From IMG/VR virus record IMGVR_UViG_3300005201_000352: 64,000 nt of DNA; one strand, given 5' to 3'. The stretch comes from an uncultured virus (IMG/VR IMGVR_UViG_3300005201_000352). Its lineage: Duplodnaviria > Heunggongvirae > Uroviricota > Caudoviricetes. Under the pieces are notes generated by a model, which made no database searches, had not been told where the DNA came from, and saw nothing but the letters and a program-made list of their open reading frames with translations. Of the stretch, positions 20,284 to 29,161 are shown piece by piece (within the stretch, counting starts at the first letter, position 1; each line of letters opens with the position of its first letter). The translations under genes and the position numbers were made by a program.

Positions 20284-20634
20284 TCACATAATTATTGGTA
20301 TGTAGAAATCCCTGCTCATCGCAAGGGTATTATCGCCTTCATCAACATATGGCCCCAGCCATGCACCCGTGCTTTTGGCCGTCACCTTTTTTCCTTCCGC
20401 TTCCAATGGTTCTTTCAGTAACTTGGTAAGTTCTTGGAGAATATACTTCTCCAAAACATCTTGAGCCCCAATAGCCCCATGCACGATTATTTGGAACAGC
20501 TTCCTGTCGCCTCCGGCAATTGGTTTCACCACAACATACGGCGCCGCAGGGCGGTTAAAACTATCGCCAAAAAGAAAAACATTTTTAATGTTGCCGGAGG
20601 TAAGCCGATTAATAATTGCGGTGTTATATGTCAT
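20284..20634 (-). CDS. Tail terminator-like protein
   Basis: 116 aa, APYVVV motif, position. Confidence 0.55.
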   Translation of the reverse strand: MTYNTAIINRLTSGNIKNVFLFGDSFNRPAAPYVVVKPIAGGDRKLFQIIVHGAIGAQDVLEKYILQELTKLLKEPLEAEGKKVTAKSTGAWLGPYVDEGDNTLAMSRDFYIPIIM

Positions 20635-20636
20635 AG

Positions 20637-20957
20637 TTAGCCTCCTCCAAAGAACTTACGAGCTACGGAAAAGAAATCAGAACGCAAACCTTCAATCGTT
20701 GGCTTCAAGATCGCATACTTTCCGTCGTGTGCGGTCTCAAGATGTTTCCCGTATTCAACACGGTGCATTAGCCGGACGCCTAACGACTCACCGTCGTCAA
20801 TAACCTTTCCCTTAAGCAGCTTCCGCGCGTCTCCGGTACGGTCTGTCCAAGGAGCGTTTGCTTTGGCAATTTGTTCAGCCTCAGCCGCGTACTTGGCACA
20901 TGCCGTATCCATGAACCTTACCAACAGCCGTCCCACCGCCGCTTGTACATCTGCCAT
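20637..20957 (-). CDS. HK97 gp10-like neck protein
   Basis: AKANAPWTDRTGDAR, VEYGKHLE, YAILKPTI. Confidence 0.8.
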   Translation of the reverse strand: MADVQAAVGRLLVRFMDTACAKYAAEAEQIAKANAPWTDRTGDARKLLKGKVIDDGESLGVRLMHRVEYGKHLETAHDGKYAILKPTIEGLRSDFFSVARKFFGGG

Positions 20958-21316
20958 TACTTCACCTCTGTAAGAGGCGCCTGTGTGCAAGCCTCATTCG
21001 GACGCGACACTACACCAACGGTGTACTTCTTGCCCTTCCATTCCAACTCGTCTCCCTGCTCGATATTCGCGTCATATCTTGCAAGTACAAACGGACTGGT
21101 ATCAATCGCCAAACCTCCTTCCCACTGCATACCCGCCCATACGCCGCCAGACTGGTAACTCACTCGACACCATACATTACCTGTCGTTGTCTCGCCAGTC
21201 GGTATAAGCTGTCCGCGCCCGTTATCAGCTTTTTCATGGCGTGTTATTATGCCGATGTCGTCGTCAACAAGAATGATCTTCTCAACGCCACGGCGCATTT
21301 GGTCAAGTTTGCTCAT
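20957..21316 (-). CDS. Head closure/head-tail adaptor-like protein
   Basis: DNGRG, IEQGDELEWKGKKYTV; position. Confidence 0.6.
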   Translation of the reverse strand: MSKLDQMRRGVEKIILVDDDIGIITRHEKADNGRGQLIPTGETTTGNVWCRVSYQSGGVWAGMQWEGGLAIDTSPFVLARYDANIEQGDELEWKGKKYTVGVVSRPNEACTQAPLTEVK

Positions 21317-21794
21317 AGTCCTCGATGACCCCGCCCACCAGACGCCGTTTCGTGTCCAGTATAAGTCCGCTGTTCATTCCGGCTTCCTTCGCTTCCTCCT
21401 CAAGTAAAATGTTACGGAGAGTTTTGTAATACTCTACAACCTCACTCAAGGAAGGGAAGCTCATCGACTGACTACCTGCGTTCCCGGAAGTTATGTAATC
21501 TGTTGGGTCAATCCGTGCAATTAAGTCATCAATGAGTTTAATTGATGCACTAAGCCGGCTGTACTTTTCAAGTAACAGGCGGATATAAGCATCGCCGAAT
21601 TTCAGGCTATATAACCGCCACTCTACGCCATCAAAAAACCAGTACTCGCCGTCTCCTGATGTATATGCGGTATTCTTTAACGCGTTTTCAGATAACAATT
21701 CTTCCACATAGACAAAATCGCCCGTAACCGGATCGCCGATACTGCGGCGTATCTGAAACACTTCTTTTAGCCAATCGGGGGTTTCTATTTCCAT
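21303..21794 (-). CDS. Head-tail connector-like protein
   Basis: IRRSIGD motif; position after the capsid gene. Confidence 0.5.
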   Translation of the reverse strand: MEIETPDWLKEVFQIRRSIGDPVTGDFVYVEELLSENALKNTAYTSGDGEYWFFDGVEWRLYSLKFGDAYIRLLLEKYSRLSASIKLIDDLIARIDPTDYITSGNAGSQSMSFPSLSEVVEYYKTLRNILLEEEAKEAGMNSGLILDTKRRLVGGVIEDYEQT

Positions 21795-21796
21795 TT

Positions 21797-22264
21797 TTAG
21801 TCTTTAACCTTAAACGAAATACCCGTAACGCCTTCAACAATTTCCGCATAATTGGTTTCAATAATGATTTTTGCGTGTGGGTGGTAGTTCTTTTGCAACC
21901 ATTCATTGAGGGGTTTACAAAGAGCTGTAAATTCGTCTATTGGTCGCGCGACCTGATCCCCCTTCAAGGAACACTTAGCAGTCTCAAAAGGAACGCCATA
22001 ATCAACACAAACACGATGTTCAATTCGACATCCACGGGCTTTTTCCCAGCCTGGCATGAAGAACACAAGGTCTACATCGGCGATGGCCTCAAGGCTTTTC
22101 GCCAAGTATTTAAGCGGAACATTTCCCTGATCTGTAAAGTCCGAGAAAACCGTATCAACAACTTCATAGCCTTTCGCCTCAAGCTGCTTGATGGTTTCTT
22201 CTCGCTCTGCTCTGATCTGTTCTTCGATCTTGCCATTCATTGGCTGTGATATCATCGCTTTCAT
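21797..22264 (-). CDS. DUF4406-like (nucleoside deoxyribosyltransferase fold) protein
   Basis: ISQPMNG, YLAKSLEAIADVD, GWEKARGCRIEH. Confidence 0.75.
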   Translation of the reverse strand: MKAMISQPMNGKIEEQIRAEREETIKQLEAKGYEVVDTVFSDFTDQGNVPLKYLAKSLEAIADVDLVFFMPGWEKARGCRIEHRVCVDYGVPFETAKCSLKGDQVARPIDEFTALCKPLNEWLQKNYHPHAKIIIETNYAEIVEGVTGISFKVKD

Positions 22265-22364
22265 AAATCCTTCCTGCTTTGTCATCAAAAATGTTCGCTG
22301 TAATTCCTTAACCCATGTAGAATTACAGCGTTGTTTCGTGCAATTTTGTAACACAAAATGTTAA

Positions 22365-22384
22365 GGCGGAGATTGCTCCCCGCC
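22365..22384 (-). terminator. Hairpin after the major capsid gene
   Basis: GGCGGGGA-GCAA-TCTCCGCC then TTAACATTTT (weak U tract). Confidence 0.55.
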
Positions 22385-22391
22385 CTGTCGT

Positions 22392-23585
22392 TTAACTGAA
22401 CGTCGGTAAAGTTACCTCGATAACCGAACCATAAGCTGTACCGCTTTCAACAACTGGAAGAACCCAGTTGTTGAAATTACCGCGTATTCTGTGCCACGCT
22501 CTATGCTCAGAGCTGAGACCCAATACATCACCTTGACCAAGTTCCATAGTCTCAGTGCGTTTGGTGAACCGATAGCCGCCAAATACATCAACTTTGACGT
22601 AAATATATACTTTGCCCTGCGGAACGCCCGGGTATGACAGCTTTTCTTTGCCATAGTCCAAATTGTGGTTAAGTCCGCACCCGTAAGGAATAATTCCGTC
22701 AATGGGAAGCGCGGCGGCAACCTGCTGGATACCACCGACACCCGCCAATGCTCCGTTCACGATTGGCAGAATATCGACTTGATCCATCGGGTTTACAAGT
22801 AAATAAATCTCGTGCCGAATGAGTCCGACTTCCCTATTGAGCGGCTTGTTAATCAATTTTAACGCTTTTCTGATACCTGCTTTTAAAGTGTTGTACAACT
22901 GGAGATCGTAAGTTGCTCCGGAAGCGTTTGCGGCCTGCTGATGTGAGGAGGTAAATGTCGTGCCCAAAATCGCGCCCAGCGAATCTTTATTCTTTTCGTC
23001 AGCCAGGATACGAGCCGCGCTTTCGATAATCTTCTCCGTCTTGTGGAAGGGGTTTAATACGAGTTGGCGTATTGTGGTCTTATCTCCAAACCCTCTTATC
23101 TTGAGAGTTACGGGAGTATCCACCGGCAGCGAGGATTTCATAAGCGGAACGGTATCACCTGAGCCTTCGATATCCTCTTCTTTGCCGACATACGGCAATA
23201 CATCGCGAAGATTGAAAGTTTCAGGCAGACTTTCGTCCACTACTTCCTTGAACAGTACAGGAGTATAATCCACATACTCGTCCGCTTGGCGCACGAGGTC
23301 GATTGTGTAAATTCCTGCAAGGGCTTTGATTGTTGCCATATCGTAGCCGGTCTCAGCGTTCAAGAAAGTTCTCGCCTTGTCTTCAAGTGCCTTTCTTTCT
23401 TGGAGGAGTTTCTCTCTCCCTGCGCTGTTCAGCCACTTCTCACCGACAACCTTGATCGTTTCACTATATGCTACAGCCGATTCAGTACTTGTCAGATTCT
23501 CCGAAGCCTTGCCATTATAAATGCGGATATTCCGCACCTTGCCGACAAGTTCTTTTCTCATGGTTTCTGCGTTTAACAGTTTCAT
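22392..23585 (-). CDS. Major capsid protein
   Basis: 397 aa, AAGGAG SD, after the scaffold and decoration genes, followed by a hairpin. Confidence 0.75.
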   Translation of the reverse strand: MKLLNAETMRKELVGKVRNIRIYNGKASENLTSTESAVAYSETIKVVGEKWLNSAGREKLLQERKALEDKARTFLNAETGYDMATIKALAGIYTIDLVRQADEYVDYTPVLFKEVVDESLPETFNLRDVLPYVGKEEDIEGSGDTVPLMKSSLPVDTPVTLKIRGFGDKTTIRQLVLNPFHKTEKIIESAARILADEKNKDSLGAILGTTFTSSHQQAANASGATYDLQLYNTLKAGIRKALKLINKPLNREVGLIRHEIYLLVNPMDQVDILPIVNGALAGVGGIQQVAAALPIDGIIPYGCGLNHNLDYGKEKLSYPGVPQGKVYIYVKVDVFGGYRFTKRTETMELGQGDVLGLSSEHRAWHRIRGNFNNWVLPVVESGTAYGSVIEVTLPTFS

Positions 23586-23597
23586 TCTTTTTTCTCC

Positions 23598-24084
23598 TTA
23601 TCTCGTAACAGCGATGTCGAAGGTGTCAGCACCAACGGCCACTACAGTTCCAAGCAACGTGTTGCTCGATGATGTAGCGGATAACGCTCCAGCAGACGTG
23701 ATATACACATCACCTCCAATTGCCGCCGCAGGCAGATCGACTTTAGCAGCCTGAAAAACCGCGATCTGTTTCCCAACGTCCACGCTCCCGGAAGCACCGA
23801 TTGCGGTATCATAGTCGGAAAACCCTACAAGGCTCCCGAAAACGCAAATCTCGCCCTTCGTTTTGGCTGCGGGGAAGGCGGCTACTTTGATANNNNNNNN
23901 NNNNNNNNNNNNNNNNNNNNNNNNNNNNNNNNNNNNNNNNNNNNNNNNNNNNNNNNNNNNNNNNNNNNNNNNNNNNNNNNNNNNNNNNNNNNNNNNNNNN
24001 NNNNNNNNNNNNNNNNNNNNNNNNNNNNNNNNNNNNTACTTTGATATGGTCAGAGACCGGTTTTTTACCAAATAATTTAGCCAT
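23598..24084 (-). CDS. Capsid decoration/cement protein (DUF2190-like), about 110 aa once the spurious gap is closed
   Basis: TACTTTGATA on both sides of the gap; merging gives MAKLFGKKPVSDHIKVAAFPAAK...GGDVYIT...NTLLGTVV. Confidence 0.65.
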
Positions 24085-24087
24085 TGA

Positions 24088-24686
24088 TTAAACCTCCCTG
24101 AAAGCATTTTCGACTTTCTTAATCAACGACCCGTCCTCTTTGGCCTGGACGTTGGTTGTGGGATCCGCTTGCTTTGACCTCAAAGAGATCATTATCTGAT
24201 CTTTCTTGAGTTCCTCTACGGAGTTTTTGAGCTTTGTGCCGCGTAAACCTTTGAGCTTATCCCGCGCGTACAGATACATGGGGTTGTCAACCTCTGTACC
24301 GTCCGCGTTCTTGAGTTTTTTGCCTCCGGCAAGTTCGTTTGCAGCAACTTCAACGACAGATTCGCCGACCTCTTCCAGTTGCTTGAGGGTTTCTTCCACT
24401 TTCTCGATGATTTCTTTCACCGGGGTTTCGGGGGGAAGTTCGAGAACTTCAAGAATGTCTTCTTTCAGTTCCTCTGCCTGTTCGTCCTCGTTCTTGCGAA
24501 GTTTATTCTCAAGACCGACGGCTGCGGCGATTTCTTCAAGCGTTATCGAGTTATTTGCAATAGCCGCTTTTAGAGCCGCGATAATTTCGTCTTTATTCAT
24601 ACCGTTTTTCTCCTTGGTATTTTTGGTTTTTTGCGCGATTGCGTTGAGAACCCGTCCGGCAAGCGCCTTGTCAGAAGTCGATTGCA
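24088..24686 (-). CDS. C-terminal (scaffold) part of the split protease-scaffold gene; internal start at 24600
   Basis: Acidic helical sequence; starts inside the att repeat (QSTS-DKAL); AAGGAG 9 nt before ATG 24600. Confidence 0.8.
24672..24686. repeat. Satellite att core, left copy CAGAAGTCGATTGCA
   Basis: Identical to 36407-36421. Confidence 0.95.
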
Positions 24687-25127
24687 CTATTTTTTATAAT
24701 TCCTTATGGGATATGGCTTTACGGTGTACCTATTATACGGTTTCTACAAATAACCCATAGAATAGGCATAAAAGCGGCATAAAATAGGCAGGGTAAGCCA
24801 GCCTTGCGGCAGGGCAAGCCCTCTTTGCCGTTGCCCCGGAATGGCGGGGCTTCTCGCGCGGCGGCGGCTCGCGGCATGGCAGGGAGCGATTGAACCTCAT
24901 GAAAGGGTCGGGCTGTTTATCAGATATAAACCAATACAACCTATACAACCCATACAATCTAGGCAAACACCCCGAATTTCGCGCAAGAAAGCCTCTTGGT
25001 GCGGTTTTGTGTCTAAATAAATAAAAGGGTAATTACAGATTATAAAACGTGATAGCGCGGCTTTAATGAGCAAATAAAGGCATTTTGAAATAACTCAGAG
25101 ATTAACGCTTTATAAAAATAAAAACCC

Positions 25128-25156
25128 TTGACAATTTGTTGTTTTTATACCACAAT
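25128..25156 (+). promoter_or_regulatory. Sigma70-like promoter of the TA operon
   Basis: TTGACA-17-CACAAT, ATG 6 nt downstream. Confidence 0.65.
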
Positions 25157-25162
25157 GTAATT

Positions 25163-25456
25163 ATGAAAATTAAAGAGGATGAGGCTTTTACAAAATGGTT
25201 TAAGAAACTGAGGGATGATCGAGCTAAGCATAAGATCAGGGCGCGGATTAGGCGGCTTAAAGAAGGCAACCCCGGAAACGTTGAGCCGGTAGGGGAAGGG
25301 GTATCAGAAATGAAAATTGATTATGGTCAAGGCTATAGGGTGTATTACTTGGATACAGGCAAAGAGATCATTATTTTGCTTTGCGGCGGTGATACAAAAA
25401 AGACACAACAGGCAGATATTGAAAATGCCAAAAAGATTGCCAGAGATTACAAATAG
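25163..25456 (+). CDS. RelE/ParE-family toxin (addiction module killer protein)
   Basis: FTKWFKKLRD..AKHKIRARIRRL..GNPG.VEPVGEGVSEMKIDYGQGYRVYY, LLCGGD. Confidence 0.92.
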   Translation: MKIKEDEAFTKWFKKLRDDRAKHKIRARIRRLKEGNPGNVEPVGEGVSEMKIDYGQGYRVYYLDTGKEIIILLCGGDTKKTQQADIENAKKIARDYK

Positions 25457-25464
25457 GGGGAATT

Positions 25465-25779
25465 ATGAAAACTAAGATTAACGAATTAAAAGATTGGGAC
25501 TTTGTTGAAGACATTAAAACTAAGGAAGATGTGATCGGTCTGTTAGAGGCAACTCTTGAATTAGCCATACAGGAAAATGATCCAGCGTTTTTATTTAAAG
25601 CAATTGGAGACATAGCAAAATCGGAAGGCATGGAACAACTGTCTAAAGAACTTAACCTTGATCGGTCTAGTTTATACCGTTCTTTTTCTCCAAAGGGAAA
25701 CCCGTCTTTTTTTACTGTTGCTAAGGTTTTAAATTATTTAGGATTACAACTAAGCGTGAAGCAAAAAGTACCAGCCTAG
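25465..25779 (+). CDS. HTH addiction module antidote (antitoxin)
   Basis: AIGDIAKSEGMEQLS...RSSLYRSFSPKGNPSFFTVAKVL. Confidence 0.92.
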   Translation: MKTKINELKDWDFVEDIKTKEDVIGLLEATLELAIQENDPAFLFKAIGDIAKSEGMEQLSKELNLDRSSLYRSFSPKGNPSFFTVAKVLNYLGLQLSVKQKVPA

Positions 25780-25796
25780 ACCGTTTCCAAAATGTC

Positions 25797-27056
25797 TTAA
25801 TATCTCCCGTGGAAAAATCCTCTTGCGTCATCGTCAAGAACTGTCATAACAGATTCAAGGTCTTCGGTAGCATACCGACACGCCGCGATAGCATCATCTT
25901 TGAACTTTACAGGTTCGTCTAACAGGTTGCCATCGCGATCTTCTCTCCACTTGTAAGAATTAACCTCTGAAACAAGTCCGGGGCAGGCAAGCGGATCAAT
26001 GTACCATGTCCCTCTGTTAAGCAATGAGATTTGTTCCTTTACGCTGTCCTTGCCCTTCTTCGCTCCTTCTATCCTGTACCCTTCCTGTTGCCATTGTTTA
26101 ATGCTCTTAGGCTCCGCGCTGTCCGCTATACATTTTTGTTTTTTACTTAGAATACCCTGATTTTCATTCTCAGCTATTATCTCATCGTTTGTCATGTGCC
26201 TGACATACAATTCACTGAATGAATATTTATCGCCGTCCTTTAACCCTATAAGTTCTATAGCGTTGTAATGGTTAAAGCCAAAATCTTGACCTGCTATTAT
26301 TTGATCAAAATCTTCCGGGCTATATGGACACGCTTGAATTTTTATGTTTCTAAAAACAAGGTTTCCCACGCTTCCCCATTTTCCCAAAGCGTAAATATCG
26401 TAATAAACCCTGTCTTGAAATTTCAACGCCTCTAATTTTTCTTTGTATTCACTGTCTAAAAATCTGTTGTCAATATATGTACTCTCATGGATTGTGGCTT
26501 TTTCTTTCTCTGTCTGGTTGTCAAAAAATCTTTTTTTTATCCAGTGGGTATCGCTTACGGGATTAAATAATAAGGTTATCTGAAATGGCACCTTTGCCTG
26601 TCCTCTTAACCTTAAATTCAACTGGTTAAATTCTTGCTCCGTGATCTCGGTCGCTTCTTCAATGAGTATGTCTGTCAATACTCCATTTTCAAACGTGATG
26701 GATTTTACTTTTTCAATATCATCTAACCCTAAATATTTGATCTGGTTGCCGTTGTGAATACAAGTCATAGTTCGGCTTGTTTTATTTTCACTTACGACTG
26801 GTTGTAGGTTCCACTGGTTTATAATTTTTCGTATTAACTGAATACAGCTAATACTAAGCGTTCTCTCTACCTTCCTGACAATAATATAATTATGCCCCGG
26901 CTCCGCTATGAATCGGTAAACGACCCGGCGATGTGCGTCTTCACTCTTGCCTGACCCTGCGCCTCCCTTGCAAATTATATAAGGTTTTCTGTCTTTCCAT
27001 AACGGTAAAAAATTATCATTGATCCACGCCGGGAGGGTTGAAAAATCAATCTCCAT
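25797..27056 (-). CDS. terL: Satellite terminase large subunit, PBSX family
   Basis: KGGAGSGKS, GLDDIEKVKS, IEEATE, FNP, STYIDN.FL, YALGKWG, GQDFGFN, ADSAEPKSI, DDAIAACRYA. Confidence 0.93.
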   Translation of the reverse strand: MEIDFSTLPAWINDNFLPLWKDRKPYIICKGGAGSGKSEDAHRRVVYRFIAEPGHNYIIVRKVERTLSISCIQLIRKIINQWNLQPVVSENKTSRTMTCIHNGNQIKYLGLDDIEKVKSITFENGVLTDILIEEATEITEQEFNQLNLRLRGQAKVPFQITLLFNPVSDTHWIKKRFFDNQTEKEKATIHESTYIDNRFLDSEYKEKLEALKFQDRVYYDIYALGKWGSVGNLVFRNIKIQACPYSPEDFDQIIAGQDFGFNHYNAIELIGLKDGDKYSFSELYVRHMTNDEIIAENENQGILSKKQKCIADSAEPKSIKQWQQEGYRIEGAKKGKDSVKEQISLLNRGTWYIDPLACPGLVSEVNSYKWREDRDGNLLDEPVKFKDDAIAACRYATEDLESVMTVLDDDARGFFHGRY

Positions 27057-27447
27057 CGGCGAACTCTTGCGGTAGCCCTATAGATATTTTCATATCGCCT
27101 TTCATTAACTGCTCTGTTTTATCTACCCACCCGATACATGGTTGTTTAAGTTTGAACTGTGCGAAGCTCGGCGGTATATCTCCTAACAGGGTATTTCTTT
27201 CAATGTAGTCTTCTTGTTTTTCGTGGATCCTCTGTATTAAATCAGAAAAATATTCGCCAAGCGGTTTGCTTTTAGCGTTTAATTTTGTGTCGTTAGCCCA
27301 TTCATAAATTCTCTGTTTAGCTATTTTGTGTTTAACACAAAATCCACAGACCGATGGATAGTTCTCTTTCTCAAGGTACTCTTCAAGTTCTGCTAAAAGC
27401 CTTAACCTTTCTTCTTGAGTATATTTTATCGGTTTCCCTACTTTCAA
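27046..27447 (-). CDS. terS: Satellite terminase small subunit (P22/Sf6 gp3-like)
   Basis: GKPIKY, PSVCGFC...IYEWA, AQFKLKQ..GWVDKTE; overlaps the terL start. Confidence 0.75.
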   Translation of the reverse strand: MKVGKPIKYTQEERLRLLAELEEYLEKENYPSVCGFCVKHKIAKQRIYEWANDTKLNAKSKPLGEYFSDLIQRIHEKQEDYIERNTLLGDIPPSFAQFKLKQPCIGWVDKTEQLMKGDMKISIGLPQEFADGD

Positions 27448-27559
27448 GATAACCTTCCCATAGTCCGCTTACCCTTAGAGAGAAGTTTAAAAATCCCGTT
27501 TTAAGCGTCTTGTCAGCCGTAGATAGCAGATTACCGCATACAGCCGAAACGCTCCAGTT

Positions 27560-27760
27560 TTACAAGACCCTTTTCTTTTCTTCCTCGGCGGTCAGCTTTG
27601 CAATGTACTCAATCGTGTTGAGATCGCCGTCTAACGCCCTGCCGATTAAACGCTGGCAGATACCTTCAAGATTTGTAACCCTTGAACCGTCCTCAAGTTC
27701 ACACTCGGCTTTATTAAGCTCGATTTTCATCTGTGCGGCGATCTCGGTCTTTAGGCTCAT
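27560..27760 (-). CDS. 66-aa protein resembling the core of the helper small terminase
   Basis: LEDGSRVTNLEGICQRLIGRALDGDLNTIEYI vs helper LENGSVEIISAKEAVVRKLINLAVAEGSFPAIKYL. Confidence 0.55.
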   Translation of the reverse strand: MSLKTEIAAQMKIELNKAECELEDGSRVTNLEGICQRLIGRALDGDLNTIEYIAKLTAEEEKKRVL

Positions 27761-27858
27761 GTGCTGCTCTCGGTTTTGCTTCCGCTACTGCCGCTCCCGC
27801 GCGACCAACCGCTCACCGGTCTGACTGACCCATCGGGTCTCCTGATAGTTCTATACAT
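27757..27858 (-). CDS. 33-aa R/G/S-rich peptide (not in the ORF track)
   Basis: AGGAGGG SD; MYRTIRRPDGSVRPVSGWSRGSGSSGSKTESST; ATGA overlap with the next gene. Confidence 0.6.
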   Translation of the reverse strand: MYRTIRRPDGSVRPVSGWSRGSGSSGSKTESST

Positions 27859-27883
27859 AATTTTACCCTCCTAAAAAATAATA

Positions 27884-28141
27884 TCATGGCTTTATTGCCC
27901 TTTCAAGGTCTTCAATCCTAATAAAAAAATCTTCAACAGGTTTTAACCCCATTTTATCCAACCAGTCATCTCTCTCTTTATTTGTATCAAACACCACTGA
28001 AAAAAAGTAACCTGAACACATCTCGTCTTTAAATTCCTGTTTACGTATATCGTCAAATTTAGCTACCTCTTTTTCTGATTCTTTCTCTAGCTCTTCAAGG
28101 GCTTCAACTCCCTTTTTTTCTTTTTGTAGTTTCCTTACCAT
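27884..28141 (-). CDS. Hypothetical protein coupled to the PP-loop gene
   Basis: 85 aa, YFFSVVFDTNKERDDWL; overlaps the upstream stop. Confidence 0.6.
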   Translation of the reverse strand: MVRKLQKEKKGVEALEELEKESEKEVAKFDDIRKQEFKDEMCSGYFFSVVFDTNKERDDWLDKMGLKPVEDFFIRIEDLERAIKP

Positions 28142-28902
28142 GTTTTACACATCTCCTTTTTCATTGCATATTTTCCAAACTGGGTGATTCTTTGCTTATG
28201 CCATTTTGTGTGAACCTTAAATCTTCTCAATCCCTGAGAGCCTATCAATGGGAACCAGTGACAGATCATTTTATAAGTTTCTGGACAATGCTCTTTTATT
28301 AAATTGATATTCCATGCTCTAGGTGATTCGAAACTTAACCCCCACAAACTATATTCAATAGGCAATAAACAATTATGTTTTTCAAGTATATCCTGTATGT
28401 CTTTCACTTGGAATGATGCAATAGGATAAAATTTGTTTCCATGAGAGCAACCGCATTTTGATAAATGCTGGTAACGCCTGATACCGTCCGTGTATCTTAA
28501 ACCTAAATGAAAAATAACATCTCCACCAACAGTGTCTGATAAAAATTTGTCAAACCGCTCTTTGGTGTGATCTTCTAAAACAGTGCCTATTCTGTTTCTG
28601 AATTTTTCCCTTGCCTTGACAGGATACTGATATAAGGCATTATCCAATTTTTCAGAAAATAATGTGCTGGGGAATTGATAGATTTTAACATTAAAATATT
28701 TCTCAAACCAGTCTATATAATTTTTAACCATAGGGAGGTCTTTAATAAAATAGTGGTAGACTAGAATGGGTTTAATTCCGTACTCTTTTAATCTTAAATA
28801 ACTGGCAACAGAATCGGCACCGCAAGAAAAATGAAGTATATTTGTCTTGTCTTTTAATGAACCAACTTTGCTCTGAAAGTCTCTCTCAATCTGTTCATTC
28901 AT
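28135..28902 (-). CDS. PAPS-reductase-like / PP-loop (adenine nucleotide alpha hydrolase) protein
   Basis: ILHFSCGADS PP-loop, GLRYTDGIRR, FYPIASF, LPIEYSLWGLSFE. Confidence 0.75.
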   Translation of the reverse strand: MNEQIERDFQSKVGSLKDKTNILHFSCGADSVASYLRLKEYGIKPILVYHYFIKDLPMVKNYIDWFEKYFNVKIYQFPSTLFSEKLDNALYQYPVKAREKFRNRIGTVLEDHTKERFDKFLSDTVGGDVIFHLGLRYTDGIRRYQHLSKCGCSHGNKFYPIASFQVKDIQDILEKHNCLLPIEYSLWGLSFESPRAWNINLIKEHCPETYKMICHWFPLIGSQGLRRFKVHTKWHKQRITQFGKYAMKKEMCKTW

Positions 28903-28908
28903 TATTAT

Positions 28909-28937
28909 ATTGTACCGCCTTTTATATATCTTGTCAA
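28909..28937 (-). promoter_or_regulatory. Sigma70-like promoter of the satellite packaging operon
   Basis: TTGACA-17-TACAAT, ATG 6 nt downstream. Confidence 0.7.
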
Positions 28938-29146
28938 GTGCAAACTTGCCCCTTTAAATCCCTCTGTAAAGAACATAACGCGCAACTGTCAATAATTACA
29001 TGATCATCATCGGTAACGCATTTTTTATTATCACATACAAAATAACATTTAATATGTTTCATTTTAGCATACCTTCTTGCACGATGGACAGTAGCAAATA
29101 CTTTATTACCTTTTCTATTTCTTATATCAAAAAAAATGTACATCAA
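28934..29146 (-). CDS. Hypothetical Cys-containing protein
   Basis: 70 aa, AGGGGG SD, co-oriented. Confidence 0.45.
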   Translation of the reverse strand: MMYIFFDIRNRKGNKVFATVHRARRYAKMKHIKCYFVCDNKKCVTDDDHVIIDSCALCSLQRDLKGQVCT

Positions 29147-29161
29147 AACCCCCTTTTAATC

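Noticed and set aside
23883..24046. Insertion or frameshift in the decoration gene
   Set aside because: The same 10 bp flank the N run and merging gives one clean ORF; scaffolding artefact
24733..24966. 77-aa ORF in the satellite arm
   Set aside because: TTG start without SD over repeats and hairpins; more likely non-coding
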